Source: an uncultured Eubacteriales bacterium (GTDB taxonomy: Bacteria; Acidobacteriota; Aminicenantia; Aminicenantales; Saccharicenantaceae). From it: a stretch of DNA of 64,000 bases. The notes under the pieces are model-generated. The model was not told the DNA's origin. It did not search any database and was given only the letters and a program-made list of their open reading frames with translations. Of the stretch, positions 1 to 13,606 are shown in pieces (the first letter of the stretch is position 1; each line of letters opens with the position of its first letter). The translations under genes and the position numbers were made by a program. The stretch spans positions 18,665 to 82,664 of the forward strand of contig CAZNPB010000001.1 of the NCBI GenBank assembly GCA_964574895.1. Direction: 5' to 3'.

Positions 1-75
1 CGCGGGAAGGAGAGGCGACCGTCTGGCCCGCTCCGGCCGTTACCTTTATACCGTATTGCGCGAATTTTTCATATA
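1..75 (-). repeat. Truncated, diverged duplicate of the 3' end of the sigma-54 regulator gene (direct-repeat partner of 1456..1530)
   Basis: Hand alignment with offset +1455 gives 68 of 75 positions identical. The minus-strand translation IYEKFAQYGIKVTAGAGQTVASPSR matches LYKKLEQYGIKVTAGAGETVASPSR of the intact gene. The copy runs off the left window edge. Confidence 0.8.
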
Positions 76-178
76 TAAGGATAGGAAATTCTCTTATTCG
101 CCCGGCGTCAGATCGCCGGCCTCGAACCCGGGATCGGACCTTCCCTCCGCAGCAAACTGGATCGGCTTTCTGCTTCGG

Positions 179-1261
179 CTAATCGGTGATCTGCTCCGCT
201 ATCTTGGCAGCCAGATCATCCAGGCTGACAGTTCCGGTATTGCTCAGTATTATGATGTTTGATCCGTTCTCGAGTATATGGAATAGCATCGACTGCGCTC
301 CCATGATGTTGCCGGGTCTTTTGACGATCGTATACATCCTGTTCTTGATATCGTAATCGGTATAAACCCAGACACCCAATCCGTACTCTCCGGGGCCGGA
401 GGTGAACATCATCTTCATGGCCGCCTTCGAAATGAGCTTCCCGCCGAACAGAGCCTCCGAAAACTTGTCGACATCGTCGGCTGTCGAGTACATTCCTCCG
501 GCGGCATACCAGTTACCCCAGTAAACGGGAAAGTCGTTTGAAAGCATCTTCAGATCGTCCCTGTAGAAATAGGTGTCCGCAAGCTTATCGACGATCTTTT
601 CCTGTGTCATCATACCGGTCGAGGTCATCTTCAGGGGCTCAAGGATGTTCTCTTTAAGAGCTTCTTCGAACGCTTTCCCCGTCCGTTTTTCGACTATTTT
701 CCCCAGAATAATGAAATCGGCATTGTTGTAATCGAACCTGGTTCCCGGCTTATCGACCAACGGATATGACGAGTATGGCGATAGCAGCTCATCCGGAGTG
801 TGCGGAAGCTGATATTGCGGCATGCCCGTCCGCAATACGGTCTCGAGTGTCACTCCATCGTCCATGTTTCGCAGGCCCGATGTCATATTCATCAATTGTT
901 TGACCGTCACCTGGCCGGCCGCAGGCCCTTGGTATTCAGGCAGATAGGCGCCGAAGGGCTGTTCAGGATCAATGAGCCCTCGATCGGCCAATTGAAGTAT
1001 GAGAACGGCCGTGAAGGCCTTTGTTATCGAGGCGATTTTATATCTGGTTTCCGGAGTGTTGGGTATCTTGAACTGGAAATTGGCGTACCCGTAGCTCTTC
1101 CTGAGAATGATCCTGGAATCTTTTCTTATAAGTATCGTCCCATTGAAATTGTCGCTTTTCGCGAACGAATCGAGGTCATCCTCTATTGTCTGGGATCGGG
1201 AACAAGAAGGCGTCCGGAACAGGGCCAGAACGAGCAGTAGAATGAGTCCCGTCTTTTTCAT
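179..1261 (-). CDS. Serine hydrolase, beta-lactamase / penicillin-binding (class C-like) family, secreted
   Basis: From ORF 179..1303. It has the SxxK motif ASITKAF and a YxN-like YNN. I set the start at the internal Met (MKKTGLILLLVLALF), which gives a signal peptide. The region is ~50% GC against ~70% in the flanks. Confidence 0.8.
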   Translation of the reverse strand: MKKTGLILLLVLALFRTPSCSRSQTIEDDLDSFAKSDNFNGTILIRKDSRIILRKSYGYANFQFKIPNTPETRYKIASITKAFTAVLILQLADRGLIDPEQPFGAYLPEYQGPAAGQVTVKQLMNMTSGLRNMDDGVTLETVLRTGMPQYQLPHTPDELLSPYSSYPLVDKPGTRFDYNNADFIILGKIVEKRTGKAFEEALKENILEPLKMTSTGMMTQEKIVDKLADTYFYRDDLKMLSNDFPVYWGNWYAAGGMYSTADDVDKFSEALFGGKLISKAAMKMMFTSGPGEYGLGVWVYTDYDIKNRMYTIVKRPGNIMGAQSMLFHILENGSNIIILSNTGTVSLDDLAAKIAEQITD

Positions 1262-1405
1262 TGGCTTTCCAGATCTGCGCGACGTTATATCTGGTCGCGC
1301 CAAAAGACGTTAATTTCTCCGCTGAATGAAAGAAAATCAGGTCCCTCGTCAGGGCGCCCGTTGGCCTTGCTCCGGACGGGGCTCGTGACGAGCCCGGAGT
1401 CGCTG

Positions 1406-2860
1406 TCAGCGACCATCCTGCCCTTCGGAGTCCGGACTTTCATCCTCTCCCCCCTCGCGGGAAGGAGAGGCGACCGTCTCGCCCGCTCCGGCCGTTACCT
1501 TGATCCCGTATTGCTCGAGTTTTTTATAGAGGTTCGACCGCGGCGTGTCGATCTCCCGGGCCGTCTGGGAGATGTTCCAGTTGTTGGCCCGGAGCTTGGC
1601 CAGGAGGAAATCCCGCTCGGCCAGGTCGCGGAACTCGCGCAGCGTCTTGACCCCGGCCGCTTCGGGCAGGGCCGCCTCGGCTTTCTGCCGGAAGGCCTCG
1701 GGCAGGTCCGCGGTCTCGATGGCGTCCTTGTCGGTCATGATCATGAGCCGCTCGACGATGTTCCGCAGTTCGCGGACGTTGCCCTTCCAGGGATAGGCCG
1801 TCATGGCCGCCACGGCCTCCGGCGAGAACTTGCGCGGCCGGAAGTTGTTCTCCTCGGCGAAGGCCCGGGAGAAGTACTCGACCAGCAGGGGGATGTCCTC
1901 CTTGCGCTCCCGCAGGGCCGGCGAATAGAGCGGCACGACGTTCAGGCGGAAGTACAGGTCCTCCCGGAACCGACCTTCCTGGATCTCTTTGCGCAGGTCC
2001 TTGTTGGTCGCGGCGATGACCCGGACGTCGACCTTGGAGATCCGGCTCGAGCCGACCTTCTGGACCTCCCCCTCTTCGAGGACGCGGAGGACCTTGGATT
2101 GGGTCCGCAGGCTCATGTCGCCGATCTCGTCGAGGAAGATGGTGCCCCCGTCGGCCTGCTCGAATTTGCCCGTCTTCTTCTCCGTGGCCCCGGTGAAAGC
2201 GCCCTTTTCGTGGCCGAACAGCTCCGATTCGATGAGCTCCTCGGGGATGGCGGCGCAGTTGACCTGGACGAACGGCTCCCGGACCCGCAGGCTGTGGGCG
2301 TGGATGGACCGGGCCACGAGCTCCTTGCCCGTGCCGCTCTCGCCGTGGATCAGCACCGTGGCGTTGGTCGGGGCGATCATGAGGATCTCCTTCCAGAGGT
2401 TCTGGACGAGGGGGTGGCGGCCGACGATCTCGTAGCGCTTCTCGGCTTTCTTCTTGAGGTCTTGGTTCTCCCGGTCCAGGCTGGTCTGCCGGAGCGCGTT
2501 GCGGATGCTGATGAGGACCCGGTCGCGATGGAGGGGCTTCTCCAGGAAATCGAAGGCCCCCAGCTTGGTCGCCTCGACCGCCGTCTGGATCGTGCCCTGG
2601 CCCGAGATCATGATGACCTCGGGGACGAAGGGCCGCTCCCGCAGCTCGGCCAGGACCTCGAGGCCGCTCTTGCCGGGCATCTTGATGTCCAGCAGGACCA
2701 GGTCGATCCCGACCGTCTCCCGGAGCATCTCCAGGCCGTCCTCGCCCGTCGCCGCCTCGAAGAACTCGTAGCCCTCGTATTCGAGGATCATCCTCAAGGA
2801 CTTGCGGATGCCCTCCTCGTCGTCGATGACCAGGATACGGGCCTTGCGCTCGGGTTTCAT
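1406..2860 (-). CDS. Sigma-54-dependent Fis-family response regulator (NtrC/AtoC type)
   Basis: N-terminal receiver domain (ILVIDDE ... LVLLDIKMPG). AAA+ sigma-54 activator core (GESGTGKE Walker A, GAFTGA loop in EKGAFTGA). C-terminal Fis-type HTH (ISQTAREIDTPRSNLYKKL). Confidence 0.95.
   Translation of the reverse strand: MKPERKARILVIDDEEGIRKSLRMILEYEGYEFFEAATGEDGLEMLRETVGIDLVLLDIKMPGKSGLEVLAELRERPFVPEVIMISGQGTIQTAVEATKLGAFDFLEKPLHRDRVLISIRNALRQTSLDRENQDLKKKAEKRYEIVGRHPLVQNLWKEILMIAPTNATVLIHGESGTGKELVARSIHAHSLRVREPFVQVNCAAIPEELIESELFGHEKGAFTGATEKKTGKFEQADGGTIFLDEIGDMSLRTQSKVLRVLEEGEVQKVGSSRISKVDVRVIAATNKDLRKEIQEGRFREDLYFRLNVVPLYSPALRERKEDIPLLVEYFSRAFAEENNFRPRKFSPEAVAAMTAYPWKGNVRELRNIVERLMIMTDKDAIETADLPEAFRQKAEAALPEAAGVKTLREFRDLAERDFLLAKLRANNWNISQTAREIDTPRSNLYKKLEQYGIKVTAGAGETVASPSREGGEDESPDSEGQDGR
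1456..1530 (-). repeat. Direct-repeat partner of 1..75, lying inside the intact regulator gene's 3' end
   Basis: See the 1..75 feature; ~91% identity over 75 nt. Confidence 0.8.
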
Positions 2861-2882
2861 CGGTCGCTCGCCTCCGACCCGG

Positions 2883-2893
2883 ATTTTAGCACA
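2883..2893 (-). promoter_or_regulatory. Candidate extended -10 promoter (TGTGCTAAAAT) for the regulator gene
   Basis: The minus strand reads tgtgctaaaat, 22 nt upstream of the ATG at 2860. A GGAGG RBS lies between. Member of the recurrent motif. Confidence 0.45.
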
Positions 2894-2904
2894 CCCGTCC
2901 CCCT

Positions 2905-2915
2905 TGTGGTAGACT
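2905..2915 (+). promoter_or_regulatory. Candidate extended -10 promoter (TGTGGTAGACT) for the M16 peptidase operon
   Basis: TGnTAGACT lies ~29 nt upstream of the GTG start at 2944, in the divergent intergenic region. Confidence 0.35.
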
Positions 2916-2943
2916 GGGGCCGGGAGAGCCCCGGGGATCGGCC

Positions 2944-4305
2944 GTGTCCGGAAAACGTTGGCGAGCGCGGGTCGCGGGGGCGGCCCTGGCCGCCGGTCTC
3001 GGCTTGTGGGCCGGGACCGCCGCGGCCGGAGGACCGGAGCGGTCCTTCACCCTCGACAACGGCCTGCGGGTCTTCCTCTACGAAAAGCGCGACGTCCCCC
3101 TCCTCCACCTCGCGGCCGGCTTCGACGTCGGCTCCAAGGACGAGACGGACGCGACGAGCGGCTTCGTCCACCTCCTCGAGCACGCCCTCCTGTTCCGGAG
3201 CGGAGCGGCGGACCGGGGAGCGGACATGCGCCGCCACGGGGCCTATTTCAACGGTCATACGAGCCAGGACCTGTCGGTCTTCGAGATCTCGCTGCCGTCG
3301 TCCGAGGCCGGCTACGCTTTGGGCGCCCTGAAGGACCTGGTGTTCGGGCTGGATCTCGGGCCGGCGGACCTCGAGCGCGAGAGGGAGATCATCCTCGAAG
3401 AGATAGGCCAGATGGACGACGACCCGGAGCGCCGGTCCGTCGACCTGGTGCTCCAGGCCCTGTTCCCCGGGCATCCCTACGGCCGGCCCGTTTACGGGCG
3501 CCCGGACGTCATCGCCGCGGCCACGCCCGAAGGGCTCTCGGCCTTCCACCGGCGGTATTTCGCCGCCGCCAACGGGGCCCTGGCCGTGGTGGGCGATTTC
3601 GAGACGGCCGACATGGAGCGCCGGGTCCGGGAGGTCTTCGGCCCGCTGCCCGAGGCCGCGTCCGCTCCGGCCGGCTTCCCGATGGCCGGGCCGCTCAAGA
3701 AGGCCTCATCCGAGCGCCTCGAGCGGGACGTCCGCGGCGGCTATCTGACCGTCGGTTTCGCCGCTCCGGACTACAACCATCCCGATCAGTACGCCATGAG
3801 CGTCCTCGTCGAGGCCCTCGGCCGGGGCGTCAATCCCCTGCTGGGCGGGTATCTGCGGAGCCTGCGCGACTCCGTCCAGGCCGTGTCCATGGCCTATCTC
3901 CCGCTCCGGTACGGCGGCGCGGCCTTGGTCACGGTCAGGGCCGATCCCAAGGACCTGCCGGCCGTCGAGCGGGCCGCGGTCGTGTTCCTGAAGCGCGCCG
4001 GCGGCCAGTCCTATTCGAAAAAGGACTTCATCGACCCGGAAGCCGAGATGGCCGCTTTCGATTACCTGGAAATGGCCAAGAACCAGCTTCGCTTCGCGGC
4101 CGGACGGGCCGAGGAATCCGGTCTGCAGCTGGCCGGGGCCCTGGTCCGCTACCTGCTCCTCAACACCCGCGACCAGCCCGGACCCTACCTTGACGCCATC
4201 GCCAGGATCGACTCGGGCGACTTGCGCAAAGCCTCGGGCCGCTACCTCGGCCGGGGCGAGTCCGCCGCGGTCTCGATCGTCCCGCTCCCGGAGGCCCGGA
4301 AGTGA
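2944..4305 (+). CDS. M16 (pitrilysin) family zinc peptidase, secreted, catalytic subunit
   Basis: Inverted zinc motif HxxEH (FVHLLEHALLF) near the N-terminus. N-terminal signal peptide. GTG start. Confidence 0.9.
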   Translation: MSGKRWRARVAGAALAAGLGLWAGTAAAGGPERSFTLDNGLRVFLYEKRDVPLLHLAAGFDVGSKDETDATSGFVHLLEHALLFRSGAADRGADMRRHGAYFNGHTSQDLSVFEISLPSSEAGYALGALKDLVFGLDLGPADLEREREIILEEIGQMDDDPERRSVDLVLQALFPGHPYGRPVYGRPDVIAAATPEGLSAFHRRYFAAANGALAVVGDFETADMERRVREVFGPLPEAASAPAGFPMAGPLKKASSERLERDVRGGYLTVGFAAPDYNHPDQYAMSVLVEALGRGVNPLLGGYLRSLRDSVQAVSMAYLPLRYGGAALVTVRADPKDLPAVERAAVVFLKRAGGQSYSKKDFIDPEAEMAAFDYLEMAKNQLRFAAGRAEESGLQLAGALVRYLLLNTRDQPGPYLDAIARIDSGDLRKASGRYLGRGESAAVSIVPLPEARK

Positions 4306-5645
4306 GGCGGCTCCGCCGGTCCTTCCTTCCCGCGGCCGGGCTGCTGGCCGTTCTCCTGTCCCCCGCCGCTTTGGGCCTCGGAGCGGAGAGCGCCCCGGCC
4401 TGGCCCTGGAAGAACGCGCCGGAGACGCTCTCGCTGGCCGGCGGGGTCCCCTGTATCTACCAGAAGGACGCCTCCTCGGCCACGACGGTCGTCGGCTTGT
4501 TCATCGGCGGCGGCCGGGCGGCGGTCCCGGCCGGCCTGGATGGGCTGGCCGCCCTGTCGACGCGCCTTCTCCTGGAGATCACCGACGAAGGCCGGGCCCG
4601 GGAGCTGATGTCGCAGGCCACCCGCTTGAGCTTCGCCGGCTTGGAAGACCACTCCCTCGTCCTGATCGAATGCCTGACCGTCAACCTCGAGGCGGCCCTG
4701 AAGGCGGCGGCGAAGATCGTTCTCGATCCCCTGATCTCCGGCCTGCGGGTCGGGCGGATCCGGGAGCTCATGGAGATCAACGGCCGGGCCGACGACGATG
4801 ACGCCGTGGCGGCCGGCCGGCAGGCCATCTTCCGCGGCCTCTTCGGCGACGCGGGCTACGGGACCTCTCCCTTCGGGACCGAACGGACCCTCGGGGCCAT
4901 CGACCGCAAAACCGTCCTGGCTTTCGTCCGGCGCCACGTCGTCCGGCCGAACGTCTTCATCTGCGTCCAGTCGGACCTCGGCCGGGACGCCGTGCGGCGC
5001 CTGCTCGAGAGCTCGTTCAAGGCCTTCCCCGAAGGGACGGCGGCGGACCTGCCCCCGCAAGGACCGGCCCTGCCGCCGGACCGGGACATCGCCCTGGTCC
5101 GGGACACCCGGCAAGCCTATGTCGGCCGGGGATTCGGTCTGCCCCGCGCCGGGCTGCGGGACATGGCCATGGGCATCCTGCTCGAAACGCTGCTCGGCCA
5201 GGGTCCCGGTTCCCGGCTCTGGCGATTGAGGGCCGACGAAGGGCTGGCCTACGGCGTCGACGCCGAGCTGACCTGGACAAGATCGGCCGGGGTGCTGATC
5301 GCCCGCTTGGAGGCCGGACGCGAGAAGCGGGCCCGGGCGGAAGAGGCCCTCGATAGGGTTCTCGCGGAGCTCGGCCGGGACGGGCCCGGATCCGGGGAGC
5401 TCGAAGCGGCCAAGGTCATGGCCCGGACCCGCTTCCTCCGGGAAACGGAGGCCAAGGCCCCGCGCCTGCGCCTGCTCGGCCTCTACGCGATCCTCGGCCT
5501 GGGGGTCGAGGCCGTCCCCGAACTCACCGCCGCGATCGGCGCCGTGTCCCGGGAGGAGATGACGGCGTATATTCGCGCCGCCCTCGATCCGGCCCGGGCG
5601 CTGCGGGTCACGGTCGGTCCGGTCCCGCCGCCGGAGGCGCGTTGA
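4302..5645 (+). CDS. M16 family peptidase-like protein (no HxxEH; probable non-catalytic partner)
   Basis: 4-nt overlap with the upstream M16 gene. Signal peptide. Length and composition are M16-like, but the zinc motif is absent. Confidence 0.8.
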   Translation: MRRLRRSFLPAAGLLAVLLSPAALGLGAESAPAWPWKNAPETLSLAGGVPCIYQKDASSATTVVGLFIGGGRAAVPAGLDGLAALSTRLLLEITDEGRARELMSQATRLSFAGLEDHSLVLIECLTVNLEAALKAAAKIVLDPLISGLRVGRIRELMEINGRADDDDAVAAGRQAIFRGLFGDAGYGTSPFGTERTLGAIDRKTVLAFVRRHVVRPNVFICVQSDLGRDAVRRLLESSFKAFPEGTAADLPPQGPALPPDRDIALVRDTRQAYVGRGFGLPRAGLRDMAMGILLETLLGQGPGSRLWRLRADEGLAYGVDAELTWTRSAGVLIARLEAGREKRARAEEALDRVLAELGRDGPGSGELEAAKVMARTRFLRETEAKAPRLRLLGLYAILGLGVEAVPELTAAIGAVSREEMTAYIRAALDPARALRVTVGPVPPPEAR

Positions 5646-5648
5646 GGG

Positions 5649-6278
5649 TCAGCGCAGCTCCGTGCTGACGATCGTGATGCGGTCCGGGTAGGTGATCGGG
5701 CCGAGCGGGGTCGAGACCGTCGGCTGGGCGTCCAGGGCCAGCCGGGCGGGCGTCCGGTTCCGGCCCCCGATCGCCAGGGCCAGGCCGAGCAGGTCCTCGT
5801 AGCGCTGGTCCCCGAAAAATTCGAGAAGGTCGAGCGACAGCCGCAGCGGGACGACCGTCTCCTCGCCCGTTCCGGGGATCTCAAAGGGCCTGTCGATATT
5901 GCCGGTCACGGTCGGCCGGCCGTCGATGAGCAAACGGCACTCGAGCCCGGTCAGGGTGCTCGCCGACCGCCGCGACCCGCCCGTCCCGTCGTTGGGATTG
6001 ACGGCCACGACGTCGACCACGAACTCGACCGGGAGCTTCCTGGACCGATAGGCCTGCAGGGCCTGGAGCCCCTCGGCGACACTGAGATCGCCGATCCCGG
6101 CCTTCCCGCCCAGATCGACGCCCAGCAGTTTGAAGTCTCGGACGCCGCTCAACTTGAACTGGAGCTTCTTGAGCGAAGCGAGGACCGAGGCCATGTCCGT
6201 CAGCGCGGCGCAGGACGTCAGGACGAGGACGCCCGCCAGCGCGACGACGGCGGCCGCCTTCCGGCTTTCTCTGGTCAT
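5649..6278 (-). CDS. Lipoprotein with LEA_2 / water-stress-hypersensitive-response-like domain
   Basis: Lipobox VLVLTSC. The sequence resembles LEA14-type beta-sandwich proteins by eye. AGGAGG RBS upstream. Confidence 0.6.
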   Translation of the reverse strand: MTRESRKAAAVVALAGVLVLTSCAALTDMASVLASLKKLQFKLSGVRDFKLLGVDLGGKAGIGDLSVAEGLQALQAYRSRKLPVEFVVDVVAVNPNDGTGGSRRSASTLTGLECRLLIDGRPTVTGNIDRPFEIPGTGEETVVPLRLSLDLLEFFGDQRYEDLLGLALAIGGRNRTPARLALDAQPTVSTPLGPITYPDRITIVSTELR

Positions 6279-6309
6279 GGCAATCCTCCTGGTCCGGGTC
6301 TTCGAAACG

Positions 6310-10619
<4,310 letters not shown>

Positions 10620-10620
<1 letters not shown>

Positions 10621-10931
10621 CAGCCCAGCCCCGGGATCTTCAGGCCGGCCCCCAGGCCGCCGAGCTTCTGGGCCAGGGCCTCGTCGACCTTGGCCGCCGC
10701 GTCGTTGAAGGCGGCCACGACGAGGTCCTGGAGCATCTCCACCTCGTCGCGGTTGACGACCTCCGGATCGATGCGCAGGGTCTGCAGGGCCTTGTGGCCG
10801 TCGAGGACGACGGAGACCATGCCGCCGCCGCTCGAGCCCTCGACCCGCAGGACGGCCAGCTCCTTCTGGAGCCGATCCTGCATCTCCTGGGCCGAGCGGA
10901 GCATCTTCTGGAGGTCCATGACGTTCTTCAT
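10620..10931 (-). CDS. ybaB: Nucleoid-associated protein YbaB/EbfC
   Basis: 103 aa with the typical MQxxLxxxQ...GGGMVxVxxxG pattern. Overlaps the dnaX stop by 4 nt and the recR start by 1 nt. Confidence 0.9.
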
Positions 10932-12628
10932 GCGCCCTTCTTCTCCGCCGGGCCGCGGCCCCGGGGCCCGGCTTCGCGCCCGGCGGGAACGGGATCGGCC
11001 GAGAGGACCTGGGCCTTGAACGTGTTCATGAAGAACTGCACGGCCGGGTCCTTCATGGCCGACTCGAGCTCGCGCCCGGGCCGCAGCGGGCCGCCGCCCG
11101 TGGCGCTCTCCTCGGCGAAGCGGACCTTGGTCTCGCGGCCCAGAACGTCGGAGGCCGCCCTCTCGACGGCCCGCAGGTCCTTCTCCTGGAGGCTGGTGAC
11201 GAAGAAGCCCCGCCCGCTGGCGAACGAGACCTCGATGGCGTTGTCCTTGAGCATGACCGAGGAGAATTCCGCCAGCATCGCGGCCAGGGGGGCCCGGTCT
11301 GCGGCCAGCTTCTCGAGGACGCGGCCGAAGACCTCCTTCGGCGAGGGCCCGGCGGCTTTGGCCGGCGGGGCCGCGGGCGCCGGGGCGGCCGGACGGGGCG
11401 GCGCCGGGGGGGAGATCGGGGCCGGCGCGACGGGGCGCTCCGGGCCGGAAGGCCGGGCGGCCGCCGGCCGGGCCGGGGATTCCCTGAGGGACTCGACGTC
11501 CCGCAGAAGGTCCCGCAGGGGGACGATCTTGCGGAAGTGGCAGAGCTTGACGAAGAAGGTCTCGAAGTAGATCCGGGGCGTGGTCGAGAACTTGAGGCCC
11601 GGCTCAGCCTGCTGCAGGGCCAGCAGGTAGCGGAGCAGGTCCTCGGGGCCGGCCTTGGCCGCCTCGGCCCGCAGGGCCGCCAAGCCCTCGGGGCCGACGG
11701 CCAGGAAGTCCTCCGGCTTGGCGACCGAGCGCACCAGGAGCAGGGCCCGGAAGTGCTCGATGAGCTTGCCGAAGACGACCCGCAGGTCGTGGCCGGCCGC
11801 GACGATCCCGTCGACCAGGGCGAAGATCTCGCCCGGCTTCTCGTCCAGGACGGCCGAGGAGAAGCGCAGCAGCAGGTCCTGGCCGATCGTGCCCAGGATG
11901 GTCCGCAGGTCGTCGTCGCCGATGTTCTCTCCGCTGAAGGCCACCGCCTGGTCGAGCAGGCTCTGGGCGTCGCGCATGCTACCGTCGGCCGATTCGGCGA
12001 TGAGGGCCAGCCCGGCCGGGGTAATGGTGATGCCTTCCCTCCTGGCGATCTCCATGAGGTGGTTGATGATGTCCTTATGGGAGATCTTGCGGAACTCGAA
12101 GTGCTGGCAGCGCGAGACGATGGTCGGCGGGACCTTGTTGAACTCGGTCGTGGCGAAGATGAAAACGGTGTTGGGCGGCGGCTCCTCGAGCGTCTTCAGC
12201 AAGGCGTTGAAGGCGTGGGTCGAGAGCATGTGGACTTCGTCGATGATCAGGACCTTGGTCCGGGTGTAGGCCGGCTTGTACTTGACCATCTCCCGGATGG
12301 GCTCGATGTCGTCGACCTGGCGGTTCGAGGCGCCGTCGATCTCGATGACGTCGATGGCGCTGGCCTCATGGATGGCCTTGCAGAATTGGCAGGGGTGGTC
12401 CCGGTCCGGGCACGGGTGCGGGGTCGGGCCCTCGGCGCAATTCAGGGCCTTGGCCAGGATGCGGGCCACGGTCGTCTTGCCCGTGCCGCGGACGCCCGAG
12501 AAAAGGTAGGCCTGGGCGATGCGGCCCGAGCCGATGGCGTTCTGGATGGTCCGGACGACGGACGACTGCCCGACGACCTCCTCGAACTTCCAGGGGCGGT
12601 ATTTCCGCGCGAATATCTCGTAAGACAT
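10928..12628 (-). CDS. dnaX: DNA polymerase III subunit gamma/tau
   Basis: I set the start at MSYEIFARKYRPWKFEEVVGQ inside the longer ORF 10928..13411. Walker A GVRGTGKTT, zinc module CxxCxxC, and a Pro/Ala-rich tau linker. Confidence 0.92.
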   Translation of the reverse strand: MSYEIFARKYRPWKFEEVVGQSSVVRTIQNAIGSGRIAQAYLFSGVRGTGKTTVARILAKALNCAEGPTPHPCPDRDHPCQFCKAIHEASAIDVIEIDGASNRQVDDIEPIREMVKYKPAYTRTKVLIIDEVHMLSTHAFNALLKTLEEPPPNTVFIFATTEFNKVPPTIVSRCQHFEFRKISHKDIINHLMEIARREGITITPAGLALIAESADGSMRDAQSLLDQAVAFSGENIGDDDLRTILGTIGQDLLLRFSSAVLDEKPGEIFALVDGIVAAGHDLRVVFGKLIEHFRALLLVRSVAKPEDFLAVGPEGLAALRAEAAKAGPEDLLRYLLALQQAEPGLKFSTTPRIYFETFFVKLCHFRKIVPLRDLLRDVESLRESPARPAAARPSGPERPVAPAPISPPAPPRPAAPAPAAPPAKAAGPSPKEVFGRVLEKLAADRAPLAAMLAEFSSVMLKDNAIEVSFASGRGFFVTSLQEKDLRAVERAASDVLGRETKVRFAEESATGGGPLRPGRELESAMKDPAVQFFMNTFKAQVLSADPVPAGREAGPRGRGPAEKKGA

Positions 12629-12693
12629 AGGGTTTCGGCCGTCGGGGGACGGGACAGGGGAACCTGCCGTTCTCCCGAAAAAAAGTAAGGTCA

Positions 12694-12704
12694 ATCTTAG
12701 CACA
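12694..12704 (-). promoter_or_regulatory. Candidate extended -10 promoter (TGTGCTAAGAT) for dnaX
   Basis: The minus strand reads tgtgctaagat, ~65 nt upstream of the dnaX ATG. Confidence 0.4.
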
Positions 12705-12727
12705 AAACGGGGGCTCGCGCCAATAAA

Positions 12728-13606
12728 ATGGAATATAATGGCGCCGTGCCGACGCGTACCCGCAGCCTCGCCGCGATCCATCTGGCCGTCTTCCTTTTCG
12801 GGTTCCCGGGCCTGTTCGGCAAGTGGCTCGTCCTGCCGGCGGTCGTCATCGTCTTCGGGCGGGTCGTTTTCGCCTGCCTGGCCCTGGCCGCGGCCATGGC
12901 CCTCCGGCGCGTGCCCTTCCGGATCGCCCCGCGCCGCGACCTGGCCCTGATGGCCCTTTGCGGCTTGGTGCTGGCCGTCCACTGGACGATGTTCTTCCGG
13001 TCCGTCCAGGTCTCGTCCGTGGCCGTCGGGCTCCTGGCCTATTCGAGCTTTCCCGTTTTCACGGCCTTTCTGGAACCCTTGATGAGGCGCGAACGCTGGG
13101 AGCCCGAAAGCCTGTTCTACGCGCTCCTCTGCGTCGCCGGCATCGCCTTGATCGTGCCCCGCTTCGACGTGACGGATGCCGTCGCCCGGGGCGTTCTTTG
13201 GGGACTGGGAGCGGGCTTGACCTTCTCCGTCCTCTCGATCCTGGACCGCGGCCTGGTCTCCCGGCATCCCGGCTCGCGGGTGGCCTTCGCCCAGGACCTG
13301 GCGGCCGCCCTGGTCCTCGTCCCGGCCGTCCTGCGAGCCGGCCTCCCCCACTCGGGCCGGGACTGGGCCCTGATTGCCGTTCTGGGGATCGTTTGCACCG
13401 CGGCCGCCCACACCCTGTTCATCAACGGCCTGAAGGGGGTCGGGACCAGGACGGCGAGCATCCTGAGCTCGCTCGAGCCGGTCTACGGGATCGTCCTGGC
13501 CCTGGTCTTTCTCGGCGAACGCCCCTCCCCCAGGACGTTGGCGGGAGGGGCGATCGTCCTGGCCGCGGCCCTGGCCGCGACGGCCCGGGCCCGGCGGCCG
13601 GCTTAG
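12728..13606 (+). CDS. EamA/DMT-family transporter
   Basis: About 10 hydrophobic segments and two EamA-like halves. The true start may instead be the GTG at 12746, 7 nt after a TATAAT at 12733..12738 (leaderless). Confidence 0.8.
   Translation: MEYNGAVPTRTRSLAAIHLAVFLFGFPGLFGKWLVLPAVVIVFGRVVFACLALAAAMALRRVPFRIAPRRDLALMALCGLVLAVHWTMFFRSVQVSSVAVGLLAYSSFPVFTAFLEPLMRRERWEPESLFYALLCVAGIALIVPRFDVTDAVARGVLWGLGAGLTFSVLSILDRGLVSRHPGSRVAFAQDLAAALVLVPAVLRAGLPHSGRDWALIAVLGIVCTAAAHTLFINGLKGVGTRTASILSSLEPVYGIVLALVFLGERPSPRTLAGGAIVLAAALAATARARRPA

Noticed and set aside
56-262. 68-aa plus-strand ORF at the left edge
   Set aside because: It overlaps the hydrolase 3' end and the repeat remnant. It has no RBS and an implausible composition.
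10928-12628. Programmed ribosomal frameshift or transcriptional slippage site in dnaX (gamma/tau)
   Set aside because: There is no A AAA AAG-type heptamer and no long A or T run inside the gene.
12629-12727. Possible SRP RNA (ffs) upstream of dnaX, as in some bacteria
   Set aside because: I could not find the conserved domain IV motifs (GGAA tetraloop flanked by AGCA / symmetric loop) on either strand. The region is better explained as the dnaX promoter and leader.
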